A stretch of DNA of 64,000 nt from an uncultured Bacteroidota bacterium. Lineage in GTDB: Bacteria; Bacteroidota; Bacteroidia; B-17B0; Aurantibacillaceae. The position numbers and the translations under genes were made by a program. Of this stretch, positions 49,611 through 58,541 are shown piece by piece. The stretch spans positions 1,233-65,232 of the forward strand of contig CALMMX010000231.1 in NCBI GenBank assembly GCA_937868545.1. Reading direction: 5' to 3'. Within the stretch, counting starts at the first letter, position 1. Each line of letters opens with the position of its first letter. The notes beneath the pieces are model-generated. The model worked only from the letters and a program-made list of their open reading frames with translations. It made no database searches and had not been told where the DNA came from.

Positions 49611-50291
49611 ATGATTAACGATGCAGTTATAGAATTTAAAAACGCAACCATTTTCCAAGGAGATGTGCCAGTTATTACTGATTTAAATTTAGCCTTAAAT
49701 AAAGGCGAATTTGTTTATTTACTTGGTAAAACAGGGAGTGGAAAAAGTAGTTTGTTAAAAACCATCTATGGAGATTTAACATTAACTCAAGGTTTAGGAG
49801 AAGTTGCAGGTTTTAAATTACATCAATTAAAACGTAAGGAAATTCCCTACTTACGCAGAAAACTAGGAATTGTTTTTCAGGATTTTCAATTACTTAGTGA
49901 TCGTTCTGTATTTGAAAACATGCGTTTTGTAATGAAAGCAACGGGTTGGACAGACGAAGTAAAAATAAAAATGCGCGTTAAAGAGTTACTGGCAAAAGTT
50001 GGTTTAGAAAGTAAGGAAATGGTTATGCCTTTTCAATTATCTGGAGGAGAACAACAACGCATAAGCATTGCACGTGCTTTAATTAACGACCCCGAAATAA
50101 TTTTAGCAGATGAGCCAACTGGAAATTTAGACCCCGAAACATCTGAAGAAATTATGAAAATATTACTTGATATTAGTAAAACAGGGCGTTGCATTTTATT
50201 TGCTACCCACGATTTACTACTATACAGCAAGTTTCCTGCACGTACCTTAATGTGCGATAATAATAAAATTGCTGATAGTGTTAAGTTATAA
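49611..50291 (+). CDS. ftsE: FtsE-like ABC ATPase
   Basis: Walker [10 protein letters not shown], signature LSGGEQQR, Walker [12 protein letters not shown]; 226 aa. Confidence 0.8.
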   Translation: MINDAVIEFKNATIFQGDVPVITDLNLALNKGEFVYLLGKTGSGKSSLLKTIYGDLTLTQGLGEVAGFKLHQLKRKEIPYLRRKLGIVFQDFQLLSDRSVFENMRFVMKATGWTDEVKIKMRVKELLAKVGLESKEMVMPFQLSGGEQQRISIARALINDPEIILADEPTGNLDPETSEEIMKILLDISKTGRCILFATHDLLLYSKFPARTLMCDNNKIADSVKL

Positions 50292-50297
50292 ATAATT

Positions 50298-50789
50298 TTG
50301 TCCAATTATTTTATATCTCATTATCAATCACCTATTGGGCTAATTGAAATAAAAAGCAAAGATGAAAAAATTTGCTCCGTTTTATTTATAGAACCTACAA
50401 ACTCACTATTAGAAAGCGACAATAAAGTAAACCAAGAATGCATAAGTCAATTACAAGCCTATTTTAATGGCACTTTAACTCATTTTAATTTACCAACAGA
50501 ACAAAGTGGTACTCCTTTTCAAAACAAAGTTTGGAATGAATTATTGAAAATTGAATATGGCTCAACAACTACCTATTTAGAAATTGCAAAAAAACTAGGT
50601 GATGAAAAAAGCGTAAGAGCTGTTGGAACTTGTAATGGAAAAAATCAACTACTTATACTATTCCCTTGTCATCGTGTAATTGGCAGTAATGGTAATTTAA
50701 CAGGCTATGCAGGAGGATTGAAGAGAAAAGAATGGTTACTAAAACATGAAATTAAATTTTCTAAAGTAAAAGAAGGTAGGTTGTTTTAA
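50298..50789 (+). CDS. ogt: methylated-DNA--protein-cysteine methyltransferase
   Basis: [10 protein letters not shown] active site. The track start is TTG, so the exact start is uncertain. Confidence 0.85.
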   Translation: MSNYFISHYQSPIGLIEIKSKDEKICSVLFIEPTNSLLESDNKVNQECISQLQAYFNGTLTHFNLPTEQSGTPFQNKVWNELLKIEYGSTTTYLEIAKKLGDEKSVRAVGTCNGKNQLLILFPCHRVIGSNGNLTGYAGGLKRKEWLLKHEIKFSKVKEGRLF

Positions 50790-53700
50790 TTATGATGGAA
50801 TTAATTCACTTATCTTTTCAAAATGATTAATAGCAGCATCAATACTTTTAACACCTTCAATTGTTAACCACAATTTACTATTAGATTCTTTTAACTGGCA
50901 ATGTTTAGAGTGCTTTTGAACGTAAGCCATAACTGCTTTAAACATAGGCGAATTATAATACTCACTATCTTGTTTACTTAAAAAATAACAAAGCATTTTC
51001 CCATTCTTCAAAGTCAGTTTTTCAAAACCAAGCTTCATTGCCGCCCAACGCATTTTCACAACATTAATTAATTCAATAGCTTCGGTGGGCAATGGTCCAA
51101 ATCTATCACGTAATTTTAATTTAAAGTTATCTAATTCGCTTTCGTTGGTAACGTTATCTAATTCTCTGTATAGCAATAATCGCTCAGTTAAATTACTTAC
51201 ATAAGAATCCGGAATCAATAATTGTAAATCTGTATCCACAACTGTTTCATTTACAAACTGACGTGAGAATTTAGATTTGTCAGCTCCAGCACTTTCATCA
51301 GCTTCTATTATTTCTTGGTACCAATTTTCTTGTTTTAATTCTTCAATGGCTTCATTCAAAATTTTCATATAGGTATCAAAACCCATATCATTAATAAATC
51401 CACTTTGTTCCCCACCCAATAAATTTCCAGCCCCACGTATATCTAAATCGCGCATAGCAATTTGAAAACCACTACCTAAATCACTAAATTCTACAATGGC
51501 TTTTAAACGTTTACGAGCTTCTGTAGTTAAATTTATAAATGGGGGAGTTAGCAAATAGCAGAATGCTTTTTTATTGCTTCGCCCCACTCTGCCTCGCATT
51601 TGATGTAAATCACTCAAACCAAAGTTTTGAGAATCATTAATAATAATTGTATTCGCATTACTAATATCCAAGCCCGATTCAATAATGGTAGTTGCAACTA
51701 AAACATCAAATTCTCCTTCAATAAAACTAAACATCACCTCTTCCAACTTATCTCCATCCATTTGTCCATGCCCCACAGTAACTCTTGCCTCTGGCACTAA
51801 ACGCTGAATAATACCAGCTACTTCAGTAATATTTTGCACTTTGTTATGTACAAAATATACTTGTCCACCTCTATTTAACTCATACGTAACAGCATCTCTA
51901 ATAGCTTCTTCGCTAAAAGAAATTAATTCGGTATGCACTGGATATCTATTTGCTGGAGGCGTACTTATTACAGATAAATCTCTAGCGCCCATTAAACTAA
52001 ATTGTAGGGTGCGTGGAATTGGAGTTGCTGTTAAAGTAAGCGTATCTACAGTTGTTTTAAAGGTTTTTAATTTGTCTTTTATACCAACACCAAACTTTTG
52101 TTCTTCGTCAATTATTAACAAACCTAAATCTTTAAACTTAATTTCTTTACCAACAATTTTATGTGTACCGATTAAAATATCAATTTTTCCCTCAGTAGTT
52201 TTACTAATAATTTCTTTTACTTCCTTAGCACTTCTAAACCTATTAATAAAACTAACATTACAAGGCAAATCTTTTAAACGCTCTTTAAATGTTTTGTAAT
52301 GTTGGTATGCCAAAATGGTAGTAGGAACCAACACTGCCACTTGCTTACTATCACAAACTGCTTTAAAAGCTGCTCTAATTGCAATTTCTGTTTTACCAAA
52401 TCCTACATCGCCACAAACTAATCTATCCATAGGATGTGGTTTTTCCATATCTCGTTTTACATCAGCTGTAACTTTAATTTGATCAGGAGTATCTTCGTAA
52501 ATAAAAGATGCTTCTAATTCGTGTTGTAAATAATTATCTTGTGGGTAACGATGGCCTGCTTGTGCTTTACGTTTAGCGTATAGTTTAATTAAATCATAAG
52601 CAACTTCTTTTACATTACGTTTTGTTTTTTGCTTTAAAGTACTCCAAGTCGTAGATCCAATTTTATCAATACGTGGCACATTACCTTCTTTACCAGTATA
52701 TTTACTTATACGATGTAAACTGTGAATACTTACATATAAAAAGTCATTATCTTTATAAACAAGCTTAACAGCCTCTTGTTGCACACCATTGGTATTCAAC
52801 TTCACCAATCCTCCAAAACGACCAATACCATGGTCGATATGGGTAACAAAATCTCCTGGATTAAGAGAAAGTATTTCTTTTAAAGTGAGCGATTCTGCTG
52901 TTTTATAACGCGTTTCTTTTAATTGAAAACGATGGTAACGTTCAAAAATTTGATGGTCGGTGTAACAAGCAATTTTTAAATCGTGATCAACAAAACCTTC
53001 ATGAATATTGATTTTTACATGTTCAATTAAACCCTCAGCTGTTCTGTGTTCTTTAGAAAGTAAATCATTAAAAATAGTATGTAAACGTTCGGCTTGCTTT
53101 GTATTTTCAGTTGTTAAATAACTTTTATACCCTTTAGCTTTATTAGCTTTTAAATCGCTAATAAGCATATCAAAATTCTTATGAAATTGTGGCTGTGGTT
53201 GCTGATCAAATAGTATTTCATGAGAGGCAATGTGTTTATTTAAACCAAACTCTATAATATTATAATTTTTTATTTGGTCTAAGAAATCATCCCCTGTATT
53301 ATATATTTCGGCTGGAGCAAGCTGTTTTATAGTAGAATCAATATGCGAATAAGCAAGCTCTACTTTCTTATATTGTTTATCTATAAAATCCTTTGTAAAG
53401 ATCACATCATCAAAACAAACCAATGTTTCTGGACTGATATAATCAAAAAAAGACTTTCTAACTTCTATAACTTGAGATGAATTTATATCAGGAATAATAG
53501 TAACAAAATCGTAACTATGATTTGATAATTGAGAGGCTGGATCAAATGTTTTTATGGCATCTACATCATTACCAAACAATTCAATACGGTAAGGTAATTC
53601 ATGCGCAAACGAATACACATCCACTATACCACCGCGTATAGCATATTGCCCTGGCTCCGAAACAAAATCACATAGTTCAAAATCATAGCTTAATAAAAAT

Positions 53701-54149
53701 TCCTGAATAAAATCAATACTTAATTTTTCTCCTTTCTTAATTACTAAGGTATTTTTACTAAGGCTCGTTTTTGAAACCACCTTTTCTGCTAAAGCAGAAG
53801 CATAGGTTACAACAATGCCCGAATAATTTTCTTTACTCAACTGACTTAATGTTTCTGCACGTTCTTGTACAGAGGCATTACTTGTTTTTTCCTCTTTGTA
53901 AGGAACTTTATAACTTTCCGGAAAATAATGTATGTGCTTTTCTGGTAATAATGATTGTAAATCATTTAATACATAAGCTGCTTTTTCTTTATCGTTGCAA
54001 ACAACTACTAAATTAAAAGTAGAGTTTTGAAATATATCATTGATTAAAAATGAAAATGAGGAACCACGCAAACCCGAAAAAAATACATTTGCATTAAGGT
54101 TTACTTGCTTTTTTTGTAATTCTTGCCAATACTTACCGTTCCACCACAT
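50790..54149 (-). CDS. mfd: transcription-repair coupling factor
   Basis: 1119 aa; CGDVGFGKTE (Walker A), LIIDEEQKFG (DEEQ box), TATPIPRTL, HGQM... Confidence 0.92.
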   Translation of the reverse strand: MWWNGKYWQELQKKQVNLNANVFFSGLRGSSFSFLINDIFQNSTFNLVVVCNDKEKAAYVLNDLQSLLPEKHIHYFPESYKVPYKEEKTSNASVQERAETLSQLSKENYSGIVVTYASALAEKVVSKTSLSKNTLVIKKGEKLSIDFIQEFLLSYDFELCDFVSEPGQYAIRGGIVDVYSFAHELPYRIELFGNDVDAIKTFDPASQLSNHSYDFVTIIPDINSSQVIEVRKSFFDYISPETLVCFDDVIFTKDFIDKQYKKVELAYSHIDSTIKQLAPAEIYNTGDDFLDQIKNYNIIEFGLNKHIASHEILFDQQPQPQFHKNFDMLISDLKANKAKGYKSYLTTENTKQAERLHTIFNDLLSKEHRTAEGLIEHVKINIHEGFVDHDLKIACYTDHQIFERYHRFQLKETRYKTAESLTLKEILSLNPGDFVTHIDHGIGRFGGLVKLNTNGVQQEAVKLVYKDNDFLYVSIHSLHRISKYTGKEGNVPRIDKIGSTTWSTLKQKTKRNVKEVAYDLIKLYAKRKAQAGHRYPQDNYLQHELEASFIYEDTPDQIKVTADVKRDMEKPHPMDRLVCGDVGFGKTEIAIRAAFKAVCDSKQVAVLVPTTILAYQHYKTFKERLKDLPCNVSFINRFRSAKEVKEIISKTTEGKIDILIGTHKIVGKEIKFKDLGLLIIDEEQKFGVGIKDKLKTFKTTVDTLTLTATPIPRTLQFSLMGARDLSVISTPPANRYPVHTELISFSEEAIRDAVTYELNRGGQVYFVHNKVQNITEVAGIIQRLVPEARVTVGHGQMDGDKLEEVMFSFIEGEFDVLVATTIIESGLDISNANTIIINDSQNFGLSDLHQMRGRVGRSNKKAFCYLLTPPFINLTTEARKRLKAIVEFSDLGSGFQIAMRDLDIRGAGNLLGGEQSGFINDMGFDTYMKILNEAIEELKQENWYQEIIEADESAGADKSKFSRQFVNETVVDTDLQLLIPDSYVSNLTERLLLYRELDNVTNESELDNFKLKLRDRFGPLPTEAIELINVVKMRWAAMKLGFEKLTLKNGKMLCYFLSKQDSEYYNSPMFKAVMAYVQKHSKHCQLKESNSKLWLTIEGVKSIDAAINHFEKISELIPS

Positions 54150-54276
54150 TTTAAGGCGATAAAGGTAGGTATATTTTTAAGATTTTGTTTACCTCTTTGT
54201 AATTTGTAAAATAAAAACATTAAATTTATTTTTTAATTTGTACCTAACATTTTAATGTTACAACAATAGACTAATT

Positions 54277-55746
54277 ATGGCTAAAAAAGAAACTAAAAAT
54301 TTAGAATTTTTTACTGATTGGAAATACGCTCCATCTCCCGAAGCTACTGACCATATTCAATTAAAAAAACAATACGATTTATTTATTAATGGAAAGTTTG
54401 TAAAACCTACTTCTGGTAAGTATTACGATACCATTAATCCTGCAACGGAAGAAAAAATTGCTAGTATTGCTGATGCAAACGAAAAAGACGTTGATATTGC
54501 TGTTAAAGCTGCAAAAAATGCATACGACAAAGTATGGAGTAAAATGCCAGCTAAGGAGCGTGCAAAATATATTTTTAGAATTGCAAGATTAATACAAGAG
54601 CGTGCTCGCGAATTATCTGTAATAGAGACTTTAAACGGAGGTAAAGCAATTCGCGAAAGTAGAGATGTGGATATCCCATTAGCTGCTAATCACTTTTTTT
54701 ACTATGCAGGTTGGGCAGATAAGTTAGAATACGCTTTTCCAAATAGAAATCCTAAATCGTTAGGTGTTGCGGGTCAAATAATTCCATGGAATTTCCCATT
54801 ACTTATGGCTGCTTGGAAAATAGCTCCAGCATTAGCAACAGGGAATACTGTAGTTTTAAAACCTGCAGAAACAACTCCATTAACTTGTTTAAAATTAGCT
54901 GAGATAATTCAAGAAAGTGGATTACCAGATGGCGTTGTAAACATTGTAACTGGTTTTGGTCCAACTGGCGCAGCTATTGTAAACCACCCATTAGTAAATA
55001 AAATTGCATTTACAGGTAGTACAAACGTTGGCAAATGGATTCAAAAATCTATTGCTGGTACTGATAAAAAATTAACGCTTGAGCTTGGTGGAAAGGCTGC
55101 AAATATTATTTTTGAAGATGCTCCAATTAATCAAGCTGTAGAAGGTATTATTAATGGAATTTTCTTTAACCAAGGGCACGTATGTTGCGCTGGTTCTCGT
55201 TTATTTGTGCAAGAAAGTGTTGCCGATGAGGTTATTAAAAAACTAAAAGATAGATTAGAAACATTAATTGTTGGCGACCCTTTAGACAAAAACACTGATA
55301 TTGGTGCAATTAACTCTAAAATGCAATTAAATAAAATTAATGAGTATTTAAAAATTGGTGTTAATGATGGTGCAGACATGTATCAAAGCTCTTGCTCGAT
55401 TCCTAAAAAAGGATTTTTTGTAAGACCAACTTTATTCTTAAACACATCTCAATCTCACCGTATTTCTCAAGAAGAAATTTTTGGGCCAGTTTTAGCAATT
55501 CAAACATTTAGAACTGTTGAAGAAGTAATTGAAAAAGCAAACAACATTCCTTATGGTTTAAGTGCTGGTGTTTGGACCGACAAAGGCTCTCGAATATTTA
55601 ACATGACATCAAAATTAAGAGCTGGGGTTGTGTGGGCTAACACTTATAATAAATTTGATCCTACATCACCATTTGGTGGATACAAAGAAAGTGGATTTGG
55701 ACGTGAAGGTGGATTACATGGATTAATGCCCTATTTAAAGTTTTAA
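54277..55746 (+). CDS. NAD(P)-dependent aldehyde dehydrogenase (complete)
   Basis: IPWNFP, GNTVVLKPAE, catalytic Glu context LELGGKA and catalytic Cys context FFNQGHVCCAGSR. Confidence 0.9.
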   Translation: MAKKETKNLEFFTDWKYAPSPEATDHIQLKKQYDLFINGKFVKPTSGKYYDTINPATEEKIASIADANEKDVDIAVKAAKNAYDKVWSKMPAKERAKYIFRIARLIQERARELSVIETLNGGKAIRESRDVDIPLAANHFFYYAGWADKLEYAFPNRNPKSLGVAGQIIPWNFPLLMAAWKIAPALATGNTVVLKPAETTPLTCLKLAEIIQESGLPDGVVNIVTGFGPTGAAIVNHPLVNKIAFTGSTNVGKWIQKSIAGTDKKLTLELGGKAANIIFEDAPINQAVEGIINGIFFNQGHVCCAGSRLFVQESVADEVIKKLKDRLETLIVGDPLDKNTDIGAINSKMQLNKINEYLKIGVNDGADMYQSSCSIPKKGFFVRPTLFLNTSQSHRISQEEIFGPVLAIQTFRTVEEVIEKANNIPYGLSAGVWTDKGSRIFNMTSKLRAGVVWANTYNKFDPTSPFGGYKESGFGREGGLHGLMPYLKF

Positions 55747-55749
55747 GAT

Positions 55750-55784
55750 TTAACCGCAAAGATGCAGAGAAAAACGCTAAGGGA
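55750..55784. repeat. left inverted-repeat arm of the GxxExxY cassette
   Basis: TTAACCGCAAAGATGCAGAGAAAAACGCTAAGGGA. TTAACCGCAA is the perfect reverse complement of 56271-56280. The remainder is an imperfect reverse complement of AGTCCTTATTTTTCTTTGCGAAAA (56205-56228). Confidence 0.6.
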
Positions 55785-55819
55785 ACAACAAATGTTTTAT
55801 GTTTTAAAAATTATAAATT

Positions 55820-56170
55820 ATGACAGAAAACGCTCTCTCACAAATTATAATAGGTAGTTCCATTAAAGTGCATACAGCCTTGGGGCCAGGATTGTTGGAA
55901 TCAGCTTACGAAGAGTGTTTATATTATGAATTGTTAAAATCAGGATTAAAAGTAGAAAAACAAAAAGCATTACCACTAATTTATGAAGATGTAAAATTAG
56001 ATGTTGGATACAGGTTAGATTTGTTGGTAGAAAATAAAGTAATTATAGAATTAAAAGCATGTGAAACCTTAAATGATGTTCATTTAGCACAAATATTAAC
56101 GTATTTAAAATTAAGTAACATAAAATTGGGATTATTAATTAATTTTAATGTCTTAAGAGTTAAAGATTGA
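55820..56170 (+). CDS. GxxExxY family protein (PD-(D/E)xK-like)
   Basis: LGPGLLESAYEECLYYEL, YRLDLLVENKVIIELKA, AQILTYLKL...GLLINFN; 116 aa. Confidence 0.85.
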   Translation: MTENALSQIIIGSSIKVHTALGPGLLESAYEECLYYELLKSGLKVEKQKALPLIYEDVKLDVGYRLDLLVENKVIIELKACETLNDVHLAQILTYLKLSNIKLGLLINFNVLRVKD

Positions 56171-56204
56171 ATTAAAAGAGTAGTAAATAATTTATAAAGT
56201 ATAG

Positions 56205-56350
56205 AGTCCTTATTTTTCTTTGCGAAAAAAACATAATATCAAAAAAATTAACATTTAAATTCAATTTACATTGCGGTTAAATAAATAAAAAACAAACTTA
56301 AAAAATAAAGTCCTCAGTTTTCTTTGCGAAAATACTTTGCAGACTTTGCG
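56205..56350. repeat. right arm of the GxxExxY cassette: duplicated AGTCCT..TTTTCTTTGCGAAAA unit plus CTTTGCR repeats
   Basis: Direct repeats at 56205-56228 and 56309-56333. TTGCGGTTAA at 56271-56280. CTTTGCG/CTTTGCA/CTTTGCG lie within 56322-56350, the reverse complement of the CGCAAAG motif in the left arm. Confidence 0.6.
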
Positions 56351-56360
56351 TTTAAACATT

Positions 56361-57239
56361 ATGGAAAGAATAGAAGTTCTAAAAACATATAAAATATTTA
56401 TTGGCGGTCAGTTTCCTCGTACAGAAAGTGGACGTTACTATCCTTTAAAATTAAAAAATAACATGACAGTAAATGTTAGTTTATCATCTCGTAAAGATTT
56501 TAGAAACTCTGTAACAGCTGCTAGAAGTGCTTTTAGCGGATGGAGTGCAAGAGCAGCTTTTAATCGTGGACAAATTTTATACCGTATTGCAGAAATGCTC
56601 GAAGGTAGAAAAGAACAATTTTTAGAAGAACTAAAACAACTTGGTTATACAGCTGTAAATGCAAAAAAAGAAATTGAACAAAGCATTGACCGTTTAGTGT
56701 ATTACGCAGGATGGTGTGATAAATACCAACAAATGCATAGTGCAGTAAATCCAGTAGCAACTTCGCATTTTAACTTTAGTGTACCTGAACCAATGGGCGT
56801 TGTGGCAATTATGGCAGATGAAAGCACTGCTTTACTAGGATTAATTTCTGTTGTAGCACCTTGCATAGCTGGTGGAAACACATGTATAGTTTTAGCATCT
56901 GAAAATAAACCTACTTGCGCCATTACGTTTGCCGAAGTATTAGCAACGAGTGATGTTCCAGGAGGTGTTGTAAATATTTTAACAGGCAACAGAAAAGAAT
57001 TACACTCTCATTTTTCATCTCATATGGATGTAAATGCAATTATAAACTGCAACTCTGAAAAAGATTTTAATAAAACAATTGGCGAAAACGCATCGTTAAA
57101 TGTTAAACGTGTTTATACATGGAATAAAAATTGGAGTGATGAAAAAGAACAAGGCCCTTATTTTATTACTGATTTACAAGAAATAAAAACTACTTGGCAT
57201 CCAATTGAAAACATTGGCATTTCTGGAATTAAATATTAA
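56361..57239 (+). CDS. ALDH-superfamily protein lacking the catalytic domain
   Basis: Aligns by eye to the N-terminal/NAD-binding half of the upstream ALDH (GGQF, ...YYAGWCDK, GNTCIVLASE, PGGVVNILTG). It ends after about 293 aa with no ELGGK or catalytic-Cys motif. The start is set at ATG 56361, because the track's TTG 56337 lies inside the repeat arm. Confidence 0.7.
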   Translation: MERIEVLKTYKIFIGGQFPRTESGRYYPLKLKNNMTVNVSLSSRKDFRNSVTAARSAFSGWSARAAFNRGQILYRIAEMLEGRKEQFLEELKQLGYTAVNAKKEIEQSIDRLVYYAGWCDKYQQMHSAVNPVATSHFNFSVPEPMGVVAIMADESTALLGLISVVAPCIAGGNTCIVLASENKPTCAITFAEVLATSDVPGGVVNILTGNRKELHSHFSSHMDVNAIINCNSEKDFNKTIGENASLNVKRVYTWNKNWSDEKEQGPYFITDLQEIKTTWHPIENIGISGIKY

Positions 57240-57252
57240 TTGAAAAAATTAC

Positions 57253-57290
57253 TCAAAAAAAAGACTGCTATTTCTAGCAGTCTTTTTTTA
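57253..57290. terminator. bidirectional Rho-independent terminator (ALDH-like gene / sdhB)
   Basis: AGACTGCTA (57262-57270) pairs with TAGCAGTCT (57275-57283), A-run before and T-run after. Confidence 0.8.
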
Positions 57291-57309
57291 TGGGCATTTA
57301 TTTTATAAA

Positions 57310-58083
57310 TTATTTACTATAAGTAGCACTTGCAATAGTTAACTCTCTATTCATACGTGCAATGTTTTCTAAAGAAATTCCTTTAGGACATTCTGCTTCA
57401 CAAGCTCCTGTATTAGTACAATTACCAAATCCTTCCTCATCCATAGCTTCTACCATTTTAAGTACACGAGCTTTACGTTCTACTTGTCCTTGAGGTAATA
57501 ATGCTAATTGAGAAACTTTTGCAGAAACAAATAACATAGCTGAACCATTTTTACAAGCAGCTACACAAGCACCGCAACCTATACAAGCTGCTGCGCTAAA
57601 AGCATCATCTGCTGCTTCTTTTGGTATTAAAATATTATTTGCATCTTGTGCATTTCCAGTGTTTACTGAAATATATCCTCCACTTGCAATAATTCTATCA
57701 AAAGCACCTCTATCAACTGCTAAATCCTTAATTACCGGGAACGCTGCACTTCTCCATGGCTCAACAACAATTGTATCGCCATTTTTAAAAGAGCGCATAT
57801 GTAATTGGCAAGTAGTAACACCTTGTTTTGGTCCATGAGGACGGCCATTGATGTACATACTACACATACCACAAATACCTTCACGGCAATCGTGGTCAAA
57901 AGCAATTGCTTCTTTTCCTTCGCTAATTAATTTTTCGTTTAATACATCAAACATTTCTAAAAACGACATGTCTGTTGAGATGCCAGTTAATTGATGTGTT
58001 TCAAAGCTTCCTGCTGCTTTGCTATTTTTTTGTCTCCAAACTTTTAAAGTTAGATTCAATTCTGTTCCGTGTCCTGATCCCAT
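57310..58083 (-). CDS. sdhB: succinate dehydrogenase/fumarate reductase iron-sulfur subunit
   Basis: [20 protein letters not shown] and [12 protein letters not shown] cluster motifs. Confidence 0.9.
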   Translation of the reverse strand: MGSGHGTELNLTLKVWRQKNSKAAGSFETHQLTGISTDMSFLEMFDVLNEKLISEGKEAIAFDHDCREGICGMCSMYINGRPHGPKQGVTTCQLHMRSFKNGDTIVVEPWRSAAFPVIKDLAVDRGAFDRIIASGGYISVNTGNAQDANNILIPKEAADDAFSAAACIGCGACVAACKNGSAMLFVSAKVSQLALLPQGQVERKARVLKMVEAMDEEGFGNCTNTGACEAECPKGISLENIARMNRELTIASATYSK

Positions 58084-58124
58084 AGTAATTAGTGATTGGT
58101 GGTTAGTGACGAGTGATTATGTGA
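58083..58124. repeat. six tandem heptads (consensus TAGTGAT) flanking the four-helix-bundle ORF
   Basis: TAGTAAT TAGTGAT TGGTGGT TAGTGAC GAGTGAT TATGTGA, beginning at the last base of the sdhB start codon complement. Confidence 0.6.
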
Positions 58125-58146
58125 AAAGTAAGCACTGGTCAATTTT

Positions 58147-58515
58147 CTATTTATTCTTGTTTTTTATTGCAGTTATTAAACTATTAATCATTTTCGATTC
58201 TTCTTCTATAAGAATTCTCATATTTGAGAGTTCATCTAGACTTAAGAATCCAAGCTTTTGTGATAAAATAAATCCTGAAAGCAACTCACTTGCACTTCCT
58301 TTTGCGTGACCTAGTTGCAAAATAAAAGTTGCAGTTGATTTAACTGACCCTTCAGAAATATTTAGTGAAATAGAGGTTGATGCTCTTCTAAGTTGCGATG
58401 TCATTCCGAAAATTTCTTCTTTAGGAAATTTACTAGTTAGCTTATACACTTCAACTGCAATGTTGATAGCTTTTTGCCAAACTAATAAATCTTCAAATGA
58501 ATTGATTTTACTCAT
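58147..58515 (-). CDS. four-helix-bundle protein (23S rRNA intervening-sequence protein family)
   Basis: FEDLLVWQKA...VYKLTSKFPKEE.....SQLRRASTSISLNISEG...GSASEL pattern. ATG at 58513-58515 is preferred over the track's GTG ending at 58518. Confidence 0.8.
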   Translation of the reverse strand: MSKINSFEDLLVWQKAINIAVEVYKLTSKFPKEEIFGMTSQLRRASTSISLNISEGSVKSTATFILQLGHAKGSASELLSGFILSQKLGFLSLDELSNMRILIEEESKMINSLITAIKNKNK

Positions 58516-58541
58516 CACTTAACTCTATTCACTAATCACTA
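58512..58541. repeat. four inverted heptads (consensus TAATCAC, complement of the left array)
   Basis: TCATCAC TTAACTC TATTCAC TAATCAC, spanning from the ORF start to the sdhA stop codon. Confidence 0.55.

Noticed and set aside
58083-58124. Heptad arrays as a miniature CRISPR array or microsatellite.
   Set aside because: The units are contiguous 7-mers with no spacers, and there are only 4-6 degenerate copies. They are better explained as the paired arms of the four-helix-bundle cassette.
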